Shown here one piece after another: positions 24,380 through 43,042 of a stretch of DNA of 64,000 nt (positions are counted from its first letter, which is position 1; each line of letters starts with the position of its first letter). The stretch covers positions 1,706,485-1,770,484 of the forward strand of contig NC_134027.1 in NCBI RefSeq assembly GCF_964204645.1, given 5' to 3'. A program made the translations under genes and the position numbers. The stretch is from Tubulanus polymorphus (lineage: Eukaryota > Animalia > Nemertea). Below the pieces are notes generated by a model. The model made no database searches. It worked only from the letters and a program-made list of their open reading frames with translations, and was not told the origin of the DNA.

Positions 24380-25506
24380 TTCATAATAAAAATGGTTCAA
24401 TTCAATTAAATTCATATTTAGTTATACTGATTAAATTAATGTAATCTCGTATTTTCGGCACGAATTAAAACAAATCTGTTGATCTATCACACATCTTTTA
24501 AAATGATAAATTCATCGTATTGCACTCGTAATGTTTAGCTATTTTTTACCGTAATATTCAGCTCAATAAAATGTAAATATTAGCCACGTGTTTTAATGGG
24601 TTCATGTAATCGACGGTCTATAGTTGTGATTTCCGTCGAACGGGAAGTGCGACTTGATATTAATCCGGCGGCTGGGGCGTTTAAATGATGAACTCTGAAA
24701 TGATGGTGATGATGATCATAACTGATTGTAATTTGCAATACGATGACAAAAATTAGTGACGTTTTGAATTTGAAGCGTTAGACTTTATACATTCCGGCGC
24801 AGATTCGAAGTACGCATGCAGTGTGCCCCTTGCATCTGCAGTTATTGTCGGCACCAGGAAAAGCAAATTTACATTGTCATGACATATCATCCAAAATTTA
24901 GGGTATTTTTACGGCGGAATAATAAAAGAAGGGCACAAGGTACTCTAGTCTTGCCTTTTCCTCTGGGTGCAGGACGTACATTTGAAAAAAGGCCGACCGT
25001 TACCATCCTTCGGTGGTGCTCGCTTGGCATCTTGGATCGGCACATTGCGTTAAATCCTTTTGCCCGGCATTTCAAAATTAAGAAGGCAGTCAAATTCTTT
25101 CCCTGGATCCGCCCCTATTGTCTCACACGGGCTTTTTGACGTTCGAAGAAAAAAAGCTTCGCAGGACCCGGGTGAAGTCTGATTCCTCAATATCGCATTA
25201 ATTACTATAATTTACAATTAAGTGAAATCCCGATGATAAGATAAATAAATCTATGAATTCAGACGGCCAAAATTGACTGCAATTGTTAACCGAGTAATTC
25301 TTTGCTTATCATGCAAATGCAAAAATACCGAAAATACACTGCGGATATATAATATAATGACTATCTAATCTACAAACATATATATATCAGGTCATGAAGT
25401 ATGTTTGCGCTGGTGACGAAGTTTGGCATACGCTTGAACATATACACCGGGGCGTACACATACTTTTATAACGTATACTGATAGTCTGTAAATTTTAGCA
25501 ATAAAG

Positions 25507-26243
25507 ATGTCAGCGCAATTATTTGAGGATCAAGATGCAGTAAATGCCGCATATGAAGATGTTCGTAGTGATAGCACAAGTACAACATGGTACCTGAGAA
25601 TGACTGGAATGTGAATCATAACTCCACTAATGTAAATATCATAGTTTCATATGAAACGTATTTTTATTTACAGGGTAATATTGGAATATAACGATAAGAA
25701 ATTGTATATCTCGGCAACCGGTGATGATTACGACGAATGCATGAAACATCTAGACGGTAAGTAAGAATCACAGGTCATATTCAACCCGCTCAAAGACCGT
25801 TCACTATATGCGGTGGGATACATTTTTCAGAAACAAAAAGAGCCTATGTTTATATTCGGTTAATCGTCGGTGATGAATTGAGCAAACGACCAAAGTTTGC
25901 ATTTATTTCATGGATTGGTTTCGATGTTCCTCCGCTAAAGAAAGCTCGAGTTAGCACCGATAAATCATTCGTGAAGTCAATATTCCAGGTTCGTAATGTC
26001 AAATTCGTAGACTTCATTTAAAAACGGAATTGCCTCAATTATTTGATTCCTAAATCACCTACGTAAAGTTTGACACTTTCCTATTATTCGGCTACAAGCT
26101 ATTTTAGTATTATGATGTTGATATCCATTTTGCAGAGCTTCGCGAAGGAATTCCTATGTTCCGAGAAAGCTGATCTTCTTGAAAGCAATATACGTAAAGG
26201 GATTGAAAAAGCTGGTGGAGCTAATTATGGAATAGGAAAATAA
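25507..26243 (+). CDS. COTL1: Coactosin-like protein (ADF-H domain), tandem copy 1, 4 exons
   Basis: MSAQLFEDQDAVNAAYEDVRSD..TW|VILEYNDKKL..|..RAYVYIRLIVGDELSKRPKFAFISWIG..LKKARVSTDKSFVK|SFAKEF..KAGGANYGIGK*. Confidence 0.92.
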
Positions 26244-26457
26244 ATGGACGGATTCTTTTTGCCGAAGATTTTTGTATAATCGCTGAAAAACCAAATTAAC
26301 TATGTATTATATACTCTGTATTGTATAGAATTTAAATCACTTTATGATAAAATTTGTCTTTTATTTTCTTTTCGGGAAATGCAAAATGGGTCTGTCAAAT
26401 ATGGTTACGTCATATAAATTCGACGATCGTTTTCTAATTATCCACTTGATCCGAAGA

Positions 26458-26530
26458 AGGTTTTGAATTTGAAAAGTTCAAGAAACGTCTTTTTAAAGGC
26501 TTTATTCACGGCGTGATATGCAAAAAAATA
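26458..26530 (-). pseudogene. ~70-bp remnant of the GPCR TM7/helix-8 coding region between the coactosin copies
   Basis: Nearly identical to 28094-28163; reads FFAYHAVNKAFKKTFLELFKFKT versus FFAYCAVNKAFKKTFFELFKFKT. Confidence 0.85.
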
Positions 26531-26823
26531 AACATCATAAATGTAAATTCAACCGACCACCCAAATCAAGTCAAGTCAAATCTACCAATCAAATGAATAA
26601 GTGAGATAATCCCTTTTTAATTGAAATAAAATTACCCGTGGTTTCCACACGAGAAGCGCAGAATAATCAACACAAATTAAATCATTGAACCCGTCTTTAG
26701 ACGGGGTTCTTTGATATAATGTCATGTGGATTGCCCAGGCGACGAAGTTTGGTAACGCTTTACACCGAGACGTTAACAGACTTTATATCACGTACTTATA
26801 GTCTGTAAGTTTTAGCAATAAAG

Positions 26824-27585
26824 ATGTCAGCGCAATTATTTGAGGATCAAGAAGCAGTAAATGCCGCATATGAAGATGTTCGTAGTGATAGCACAAGTAC
26901 AACATGGTACCTGAGAATGACTGGAATGTGAATCATAACTCCACTAATGTAAATATCATAATTTCATATAAAACGTATTTTTATTTACAGGGTTATATTG
27001 GAATATAATGATAAGAAATTGTATATCTCGGCAACCGGTGATGATTACGACGAATGCATGAAACATCTAAACGGTCAGTAACAATCACAGGTCATAATAT
27101 TCAACCCGCTCAAAGACCGTTCACTATATGCGGTGGGATACATTTTCAGACGGAAACAGAGCCTATGTATATATTCGTTTTATTACCGGAGATGGAATGA
27201 GCAAACGAGCGAAGTTTGCATTTATTTCGTGGATCGGTCCCGCTGTTTCTCCTCTAAAGAAAGCTAAAGTTAGCACCGATAAAGCATTCGTGAAGTCGAT
27301 ATTCTCGGTTCGTATTGCAGTGCCTGTATTGTCGAATTCTTGTATTGTCGCATCATTTAAAAAAGAGATTGCCTCAATTATTCCACATTTGATTTTTGAA
27401 TCACCTACGTAAACTTATATACATTTACCTATAATTCGGCTACAAGCAGTATTATGATAATGATATCCATTTTGTAGAATTTCGGGAAGGAATTCCTATG
27501 TTCCGAGAAAGCTGATCTTCTTGAAACAAAAATACGTAATATGCTTGAAAATGCTAGTGGGGCTGCTTATGGAACTGGAAAATAA
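26824..27585 (+). CDS. COTL1: Coactosin-like protein, tandem copy 2, 4 exons
   Basis: Same exon structure as copy 1: ..RAYVYIRFITGDGMSKRAKFAFISWIGPAVSPLKKAKVSTDKAFVK|NFGKEF..NASGAAYGTGK*. Confidence 0.92.
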
Positions 27586-28061
27586 AATGGACGGATTTTT
27601 TTTGCTGACGATTTTTGTATAATCGCTGAAAAACCAAGTTAATTATGTATTATATACTCTGTTTTGTATAGAATATAAGTCACTTTATGATCAAACTTGT
27701 CTTTGATTTTCTTTTCGTGAAATGCAGCAGAATGAGTCTTCACTAATAAATTAAATATGGTGATTTATCTTCAACGATCGTTTTCAAATCATCCACTTGA
27801 TCCGTAGTGTGGTAAACCAATTATATATGTAGAAACCTTAAACTCTTCCGATGAGCTGATGATGTATAGTTACTATCAAGAATACCCGCCTTAACAGCAG
27901 CAGGCTCAGGTCGTTACCGTGAATAATAATCAGTTACTCGTTTCTATCAAGCGTTCGTCGTTTCGTTCTTCTCTGTTGGGGATCGTTTTCAAGTGTGCAT
28001 CGCCACACGAAAAATGAAAATTCTGAGATATAAACGATGAACTTTGAAATATTGACGATCG

Positions 28062-29132
28062 TTATTTGCGAAACGACGAGAACAATTTTTGACAGGTTTT
28101 GAATTTGAAAAGTTCAAAAAACGTCTTTTTAAAGGCTTTATTCACGGCGCAATAAGCAAAAAAGTTAATAATTGAATCGAGCATTGACAGACCTAAAGCA
28201 ACTTTACGCATCGCCATTTGTTGCTGATGCGTAAATATAGACAGTTGTCCCATAATAACACCTTCTAAACGTTCGATGACAGCGGGAGCTTCACAAAAAA
28301 AGAAAACTATCAAAACGGCTGCGACCATTTTCAATATTTGACGATCTTTTGCTGCTGAGGTTTTGTCCATAGTTGAGGAGGAAATCTGCCGACGTCGTCG
28401 ATTTGCGAATTTAAGGGCGACAACAAGAGCTACATTTATAGTGCACATTATGAGGTAGGGTAAGGATACGGTCCCGAATACGTATATCACATAATTAGTA
28501 TCGTACAGAATGCGAGGCACTGAAAAGCGTCTGATTGGTGTCCCCGAGAAATATATCGTGTAGATTTTCTGGTGAGGTTTCAAGCACGACCACTGCCACA
28601 ATCCCGGAAACACATCCGGTACGAATAGATTCCAGTTACAGAAAATACTCGCGCAGATAATCGTTAATAAAATGCAACCGAGTGATTTTGAATTCCAGTA
28701 CTTTTTGTAATTCAACGGGAAAAGAACGACGAATAACCGCTCGAGGCTGATTAGATTCACCGACCAGTTTCGAGCCATTTGCGTCGCGTAGAAAAACGGC
28801 TGAACGATCGTGATAAACCACCATCCGAAATACCAGTCGTGAAGATGGTACAAAATATCCCCTAATAAACTATACAGATAAAGCGTTCGGATAGGATAGA
28901 GAAACATCGCGCAAATCATGAACGATAAATCGAATCCAGCTAATATTTTGATGGTCGTGTAGATCGGATTGTGGGTATGCAAACGATGTATCACAATAAG
29001 GTTTAAGATGTTCACTATAACGCCTGTAAATATGATAGGACCGTAGATACATGTGTAAAGAATGACGCTGAATCTGTAGTCGCTGTTGTACGGCGGTAAC
29101 CGCTTCATGCATTCAACTGATTTGTTTTCCAT
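28062..29132 (-). CDS. Intronless rhodopsin-class GPCR, FMRFamide/peptide-receptor-like orphan
   Basis: Seven hydrophobic segments with GVIVNILNLIV (TM1), LAGFD (TM2), ISLERL (DRY variant), FFFCEAP (TM6) and INFFAYC (NPxxY variant). The first ATG is at 29132. Confidence 0.88.
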   Translation of the reverse strand: MENKSVECMKRLPPYNSDYRFSVILYTCIYGPIIFTGVIVNILNLIVIHRLHTHNPIYTTIKILAGFDLSFMICAMFLYPIRTLYLYSLLGDILYHLHDWYFGWWFITIVQPFFYATQMARNWSVNLISLERLFVVLFPLNYKKYWNSKSLGCILLTIICASIFCNWNLFVPDVFPGLWQWSCLKPHQKIYTIYFSGTPIRRFSVPRILYDTNYVIYVFGTVSLPYLIMCTINVALVVALKFANRRRRQISSSTMDKTSAAKDRQILKMVAAVLIVFFFCEAPAVIERLEGVIMGQLSIFTHQQQMAMRKVALGLSMLDSIINFFAYCAVNKAFKKTFFELFKFKTCQKLFSSFRK

Positions 29133-29609
29133 TGGAGAACGATAAAACCCCTGAATTTCCAACTACCGATGTTGTTGTGAAGCCAGAAGAGCGAGTGAAC
29201 TATACTGGACGGATGAGAGAACGAGAAAACACTTTTAGGTGGACATCGACCAATCCATCCAACTGGATTCATCTAACGATATCCAAATGACGTATCGAAC
29301 GAAACTTGAAATGGAACGAGATTAAAAGCATTTTATGTTAACGAAACCACTTTATAAATAAAAGCTAATGCGTTACTTCCATTGAGGCTTTTACCGCAAA
29401 CACGTAAACAAACGTGTAGTGCTTAATGTTCCGTCAGTTAAAACCCGATATTCGATTCTTCAATTCCGATGGAGTTTATTTGGGTTCCGGGTACGCAAGG
29501 GGGAGGGTTTTGTTTCTAAGATTCTTGTAGCAAGGTATAATAGACCGGTTCTTCAAGAGAGCATCATGTTAAAAAAATGAAAATCGCATTTATCCTAGAC
29601 GTATCCAGA

Positions 29610-29675
29610 GATGGATTCGAACCTGGGCCCCGCGTATCGAAACTCTTGGTGCTCGCCACTAGACCAATGAGCTCT
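29610..29675 (-). mobile_element. tRNA-derived SINE head
   Basis: A-box-like TGGTCTAGTGG and B-box GGTTCGAATCC. Related heads occur at 55848-55912 and 62508-62572; there is no complete cloverleaf. Confidence 0.6.
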
Positions 29676-29933
29676 GTTATTCAAAGGGGAAATCGAATTT
29701 GTATTATGGGACGAAGCAGTGGTGACCGCGTGTCGATTGCAATTGATTCATTTCGGGCGGAAGCACTCAACATTCAAAAACAACATAACACGTTTCGAAT
29801 AGAAAAACCCGTTTATGGTTTATCCGTAAACAATGTGTATAGCCCTAGAAAACATTTTTTCTCTTATCGTTTTCCGTTCCAAGTTTCTAGCTTTATTCTC
29901 AGATTCTCTTCTCAAACCCTTCACGAAGAGTTC

Positions 29934-30078
29934 TGCTTTATGGGTCAATATGCTCCTCCATGCTTTATGGGTCAATATGCTCCTCCATGCTTTATGGGCC
30001 AATATGCTCCTCCGTGCTTTATGGGCCAATATGCTCCTCCGTGCTTTTGGGCCAATATGCTCCTCCGTGCTTTATGGG
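29934..30078. repeat. 27-bp minisatellite, ~5 copies
   Basis: Unit tgctttatggg(t/c)caatatgctcctcc(a/g). Confidence 0.95.
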
Positions 30079-30825
30079 CTTGTATGGATTAGTGTTCAAT
30101 CCTCAGTAATTTCGATACCAATAATTTACAAACAAAAATATGACCGTTTAGTAAAACTAAAACCTTTTATTTAGCGGTAATTCTACAATCATTAATGGAT
30201 TATGTTATGTTACAAATGAAATCGAAGTAAATAATGTAGTTTGAAAGTAACCTACACTTTAATACTGCAATTCAAACTAATGGATAATAAAAGAGTTTCA
30301 CAACAATTTTAACAATGATTTCGTAAAACAAAAATCTATTTTAATGTAGACGTTCATACATATTAATTAGCAATACTCACAGTTGATTACTTAATAATTA
30401 ATACTATTCCTTCAGTTTCGGAGCTTATCTCAACTCCATTACCAGGGTAACATATGTTATTCATGTTTCTCTGGTAATGGAAGTTCAACTCCTAAACCGT
30501 CAGACTAGAATAAATCATTAAGTCATCAACTGTGTTTTTTTTAAAATTTCAGTCTACCAGTCACGTTCGTACATATTTTCTTAATGAAATAATATTTGAA
30601 ATATTTATTTATTGCTCTATGTATGAATATACAATGTGCGCAAAGATAATAATTTCCATATATACAGTGAAGTCGTATTCGTTTATATTCATTATGAAGA
30701 TTAACGTCCATTTTGATAATTACATGTACCAGTATATATTAATAGAACCGATAATAGTCGATTACAACCCATGATCATCCACTACTATATTACTCACACA
30801 CGGCCGACTAGGACTAACACGGATA

Positions 30826-31038
30826 AAGCTGAAAAATTAATACCTAGTTTCTCATTTCTACTCAGTTTAAAAGTTGACCCGCCCGCCGCCTATCTATCTT
30901 GTACATTACTTAATTTAAAAAAATCATGATCAAGCTAGCCATAACAGACTCGACAGCTATAGAAATGAACTGATTATAAATTCTATCGCATTTTACAAAA
31001 GTGACCGCTGCAGAGAAACAAGGAATCATTTTTTAGCC
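30826..31038. mobile_element. Diverged copy of the 22270-22489 MITE, opposite orientation
   Basis: aaaaattaatacctagtttctc...gagaaacaaggaatcattttttagcc; the internal sequence is the reverse complement of the Aurora-intron copy. Confidence 0.75.
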
Positions 31039-31133
31039 TAAACCGATATTATTTTCTGACTTTCTCCTCCGACTAATTGATGATACACGTATCTTAAGTT
31101 TTTTTCCTAACATTATAGATTTATAACGTGCAT

Positions 31134-34100
31134 TTAGGAAGAAGTGAACGAGTTCCCGGTTTCTACCTCCTCATCATCCTCATCGTCAGTATCTGGCACG
31201 CAAAATGAATAATTCGTACCGGTGACTATAGAATCATCAAAGAGAGTTTCGTCATGAAGTACTGAAAATAATCGACTGTTCAATTTCAGCGTTTTATCAT
31301 CACAAACTTCACTTTTCGAATCTAACGTCCTCTCGTTCGCGCTGTTTTCGTAATTTGTCTTTAACAGATCGTTAAGCAGTGATGACGTACATGTCGATTC
31401 ATTTCCAGTAATTTTGTTTTGATGATTAGATTTTTTATTCCCCTTTCTCTTCTTTGCTTTCTTCTCGTGACCCGTGCGAACATACGGAGTAACTTGAACT
31501 TGACTGAGCAGTAATTCAAGAGATTCATCTAATTTACAAGTTGTGTCATTTATGTTTTTACGAGCTCGATGCTCGTCAGATGCAGGTGACGCGAATGAAT
31601 TATCATCGTCGAAACTCGGACTAGCAAACAACCGATCGAGTATCGCGCGCTGCTGTCCGGGGCTTCTCATATCAGTAATTCGAACCAACGGACTAGATTC
31701 TGCGCTACTAGTAAATGGTCCATTTTCTATATCTGTATATAATGAGCATTCATTAACGCGATTGATTAAGACGTGTTCGGCACTTTGCCGCCGATCATCA
31801 CTCGTTTTAAGAAATTCAGATGTATTTTTTAGAACAGAATCATTTGCGTCGCCGTCACGATTTTCACTAACTGTTGTATCAGGGGTAACCAGATCAATGA
31901 AGTTTTCATCGTTAGACCGTCTCTTAACGCATCCTGTAGTTCTTGTTTCTGTGCTGTCTATAGCGTCATAACGTTCCCACAATTCTAATGACTTGTGTAA
32001 AGATGAAGTCATATTTTTGATTGGGTCTTGTTCAATCGGTATGAAAGAGGTCTGGGATTCCGTATCTCCACCGTCATGGGAAATAAATTCCGAGAAACTA
32101 TCTTCGTCATATTCGAGCGTCTTATGAATAGCGTCACAGTTTTGAGAATCAGGACGTTTTGAAATAATAGGACTGTCAGTTGACAGTTTCATATTTTCAA
32201 TTTGTAGAGATAAATCAATGAGATTGCTCTCCGACACATCTAAATAATTGTCATCATCGCTAACGACGCCAGCCGCTTCATCTTCCATCGCTTTCAAACC
32301 GGATTCGCTTTTCTGCCAAGAACTTTTACATTTCGTTTTCCTTTCGACTGAATCTAAACGCGTGAACAAACCGCGATTATCGGCCCGACCCGATTTCAAA
32401 TTATCGGATACAAAATGAATAGGCGAGTTCATTTTGAGTCCCGCTTCTCTTTGAAGAACTTTTATTCGTTCGTGAAGTGGAATATAAGACAGAACGATGC
32501 TGTCATCCAGTGATCCGGTATCATTTCGACAAGGAGTGCCTGGTAATGGAGATTGACTCCCTGATTCAGAATCACTATTTAAACACAAATCTAATGCATC
32601 AATCACTGATAATGATTTCACAGAAGGAATTTCGTTTGAAGGTGGTTTCGACATTCTTTGGAGTTTTTCAGTATTTTCAATTGATCTCAGAGGTTTAGAA
32701 GATATAGTTTGAGCCATTTCATCCCTATTGATAATGCTAGCCGAATGTTGTGAACTCTGACACTGTGAACTGTCATCCTCCTCGAGGACGTATCTGTTCT
32801 TCTTCATTTTCTTACCTAAATGAAATAAGGCAGAATTCATGCAACGGATAAAGCTGATGCAAAGACATTTTACTGGTGGTATTCAACTTACTGATTTTTG
32901 CAGCAACTGAATTCATAAAAGTCTCATGGATAAGAGGAAAAGCTTCAGAAAACAAACTTTGCTTTTCTATAGTTGTATAAACAGGTTTTTCAGTATATAC
33001 ATCAGCTTCTATAAGACAAAATGAAAAATTGTACTTAAACTTTTGTGAATACCTGGTAGACATGTAGTATATAATGTCATGAGTTATACAATCATTACCC
33101 AATTTCTCCCATTCAACTTCATAGCAAGCAACACCACTTCTAATACGTGTTTTTATAATCCTTAAAAACAAATGATTATGTTCTTCATATTTCATATAGA
33201 TTATAATAATCGGCTGCTCTTATGTTGATGCCTTACTGAATTGGTTTTAGATGTTCTCCTGGTTTATTCATGTTAAACATATCCCATAAACTGACAAGAG
33301 GTAAACATTTCTCCACACTGTATTCACCGACCCAATCCATCTTTTGGATGCTGAAAACCTGAAGTGAATTAATCACGAGAGTTTTATTACGTTTTTTTTT
33401 ATCTGTACAATGCATCAAAGAATAAACTGGATCATAAGATGTACAGTACACATACACATAACTTCAGCATGTTTGGCCGATTCCAGGTCGAATCTAACCT
33501 CGCACATTTATCTTTCGACACCAAAAACTCAGATATGACCTGAAACGAGAAGAATAGAAACATTTCTTATCGACTTGTTCAGAGTTCAGATTGGAAATGA
33601 GAAAGCTGTACAGAGTCAGAGATAAAGTACAATCATTGAGAAAACGAAAGCTTTCAAGTGAATCACCTCTTCATTTGGAAATCCTTCAACTTGCCAAGCT
33701 TTTCTCCTAACACTTTCAAATAGTTTCTGTAAATTTCTGCAGTTGCTAACACAGCTAGGTATCTGACTGGTTTTCAATTTCCACAAACGCAAACTAAAAG
33801 CATTATACGATTATATACAACGAGTTTCCTGACAATTTCAAACCATCAATGATCGAAGTTTATAGTTTTATTAGGGAGACATACACGGGCAACACTTCAC
33901 CGGGCATATTTCTGATCAACTCTGAAGCTTGTTTAGGTCCAACACCCGGGACTCCTTTAGGAATGAAATCACATCCAAGAAACAATGACAAAGCCACCAA
34001 CTTCTCCTGACTCAAATTAAGGTCATCGACAATATTGTCGATATGGTAACTCTCTATGTGAGGATCCTGAAATAAAACATACCATGATGAATTGTAAATT

Positions 34101-35177
34101 TGAGTTTTGGGTGTGTTTGATTCTTGGGTTGGTCTCTTCATACTTTCCGATCCAATGTAAAGTTTCTATAAACAGTTTTAGCTCCATATAGAAAAGCATC
34201 GCCATCTTCAGTAATACAAGCATCTACAAACTGTAAAAGAAATACTTAAGTCATTGAATTTTCTAACATATCTACAGAAACTAATCTATCAATGAACTTA
34301 CTCCTTGTTTATTGAGGTAAGCACACATAGCCTCTGCCTCTCCAACTGCCTGTATGTATGGAACACCCAAATAATCCAACATTTCACAACACTGAAAACA
34401 AGTGAAGATGTAGAAATTACAAATAACCGTAATCGAAGAATATCTGATTCACAATGAGGGACAACTTCAAACTGATAAAATTTCCCCAACCCCGAATTTT
34501 CAGTATCAAGACTATTCTGAAAACTATTATTGGCATCAGTAAATTCAATCTCAATTGATGGTGGAATATTGTGTAATTCTAAGTATAAAATTCTAGTATT
34601 TATTGTAATTACCTCACGTATAAGAGCCATAAAATGTGATCTTTTTGGTGCGGTGGATTTACCAGTTTTGTTTCCGCCATACCTATTGGACACATTGAAA
34701 CAATTGAGTCAAAAAACTAAATCAAACTAAAAATGAACCTTAAATCTAAATTTTTACACACCTAGCCCGCTGTCTGTTAGCAATAGTTTGAAACTTCAGT
34801 TCGGGAGCTTTGCCTTCTAGCACAAAAACCAGGTTGATACCGAGGGACAACAAATTCGATACACGAAAAAACAACGTTCTGCAATAAATCAACGGAGACC
34901 CGGCATTTAAATATGTTACAGTTTGAGTAATGAGAAAGGAAACACCATTTCATCAAATGCATAAATTTGGTCAATTGGGTGTACACCGACTAATCATAAG
35001 GTGAACTCTGTAAACCTACCTGAGATGTGGTTTAACCACAGCTCCCTGCATCTGTTTAACCGATGCTTCACAGATCCACACACTAAGATCGACAGCTACT
35101 GTTTCACCCTGTAGTGATTCTAATCGACGGTGTTTCTTCACCGGTTCCAATATACCCCATAATCCTGTAACCCCCAT
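31134..35177 (-). CDS. GEN1: GEN1 Holliday junction resolvase (XPG/Rad2 family)
   Basis: MGVTGLWGILEPV..VAVDLSVWICE..VVKPHLR|TLFFR..VFVLEGKAPELK, GEAEAMCAYLN, TEDGDAFLYGAKTVYRNF, LGCDFIPKGVPGVG, chromodomain-like IIKTRIRSGVACYEVEWEK, and a long disordered last exon. Confidence 0.95.
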
Positions 35178-35818
35178 CTTTTAGATCTTAGACACAGCCG
35201 GCAACGATCAAATGTCAAAAACTGTTTTCAAAAATCGCGGTGTTCAACGACCTTGAGTGAATTCCTAGTGCCTAATTCGCGGCTTGCGGCATCGGACTAA
35301 AATTCATAAATTACCGGCTGAGAGCACCGACTAGGGATCGGACACGGTGTGTCAGAGGCGCGTGTCGGTGCTGACAGTAAGTTGGTAAGTCTTGTCATTT
35401 TAGCAAATCATCCTCTTATTCTCGGACGAAGCTCGTTTAACTGCTTATCGTAGTGATAACTGTTAATAATCTATCTGAGGTATTTTACACAAGACAAAGT
35501 TTTAAAGCCTGATGTGTGTCATGCTCTGAAATCAACTTAGAAACATCGAAAGAATATAATGCTGATACAACTTTTCAAGTTCAAATGCAATTTTATTACG
35601 ACGTCAATGAGTCCTTCAATTATCTTTTCATGAGTTTAGGGCTTTGAATTCAATGTATCAAAATAGTAAATTTCCAATGTTACTTGATAATTACTATAAA
35701 ACTATCGTATCAACTGTTTGGAAAAATGGATATTTTTGAACTTATTTGTCAAATGACATGTGTTGTTGGTTCCACTTCAGATATTGTGTTGTGGTGGTAA
35801 GAAGGAATAAATCTGAAG

Positions 35819-42013
<6,195 letters not shown>

Positions 42014-42015
42014 TT

Positions 42016-42101
42016 TACCTGCTGTTAAAACATAATAACTAGACCGGAATTAAAACGCATGGACATTTGAGTATTTCTGGTCTAGTTAGTTACAGCAGGT
42101 A
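42016..42101 (+). other. Long imperfect hairpin immediately after the TGR stop codon
   Basis: TACCTGCTGT (42016-25) pairs with ACAGCAGGTA (42092-101); TAACTAGACCGGAA (42036-49) pairs with TTCTGGTCTAGTTA (42075-88, one G-U). Confidence 0.85.
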
Positions 42102-42137
42102 TGAACTGTGTTGTACTGGATGTGAATTGGATACTTG

Positions 42138-42207
42138 TTGAATATCCCGAATGATGGTTTTGTTTGTAAACCAGCTGAGCTGGTAAACATTACTTGATGT
42201 AGTTCAT
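42138..42207 (+). promoter_or_regulatory. SECIS element (type II) in the TGR 3' UTR
   Basis: AUGAU core 42151-55; helix II GGUUUUGUUUG/UAAACAUUACU; unpaired AAA 42168-70; mini-stem CCAGC/GCUGG; 3' core UGAU 42195-98; helix I UGAA..UUCA. Confidence 0.9.
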
Positions 42208-43042
42208 ATTTAGTACACAGCCAACGACGATATCATTTAGACAATCTTGTTATGATATGATTCTCCGTGGGAAAAACTATTGAAATATTTCACTAGATTC
42301 AGAGAATTAAATTTCTATCATTATTGTCTACTTGGTATTGATCATTTGATATATGCACTGATCTATTTATGTGATGGTTATATTTGTGTTAAACACCAGG
42401 TATTCATCCACTTGGTTGTTCCTATTACTGAGGTTCTTGCCATTGAATTTAAGATTTCCTTTCGTCGAGATCTTCAAAATCAAATTCAATATTTGGCATA
42501 ATGATAATTTCATGGCGCAGAGTGGACTTCAGATCATGTATGGATGAAAATATGTATGTATTGAAGAAAACAATGTATGTGGATTGTATTTTTTAGAAAT
42601 TACAAGTTAGAAATATCAGTTTACTTGGGCCGAGTTCCATAGATCACAGGGGCAAAATAATTCCTGGGAACACTTTGAAATTTGTCAGTTATTACCATGG
42701 ATTTTTTCTAATTGTCACTATGGTTGTTGTCACCCAGTTTGAAGATTTGGCCCCTAGGGTAAATTTGATACCCAAATCTAGGAAACCGATCCTTGGAAAT
42801 GTTTTAGTTTATAAAATTTGAGTTAGAACTGTATGCACATTTGATTATCGCCTTGATTGTGTGATCTCCTCTGGTATTAACACGATCAATACTCAGGGAA
42901 TGTCTCTGTTTAACAAGGGAAATCAATACCGTTCCACAATCATTCTATCTTCAGTGTTGATCCTCTGTTGAAGACATTAGGCTGTAGAAATCGTCTTGAA
43001 TTGGATCCATGTTAAAAATCAAAGTTAAGATTTAATCGTCAG

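Noticed and set aside
29577-30174. ORFs with repeated CFMGQYAPP resembling a neuropeptide or toxin precursor
   Set aside because: They arise from a 27-bp minisatellite plus a SINE head, with no signal peptide or cleavage sites.
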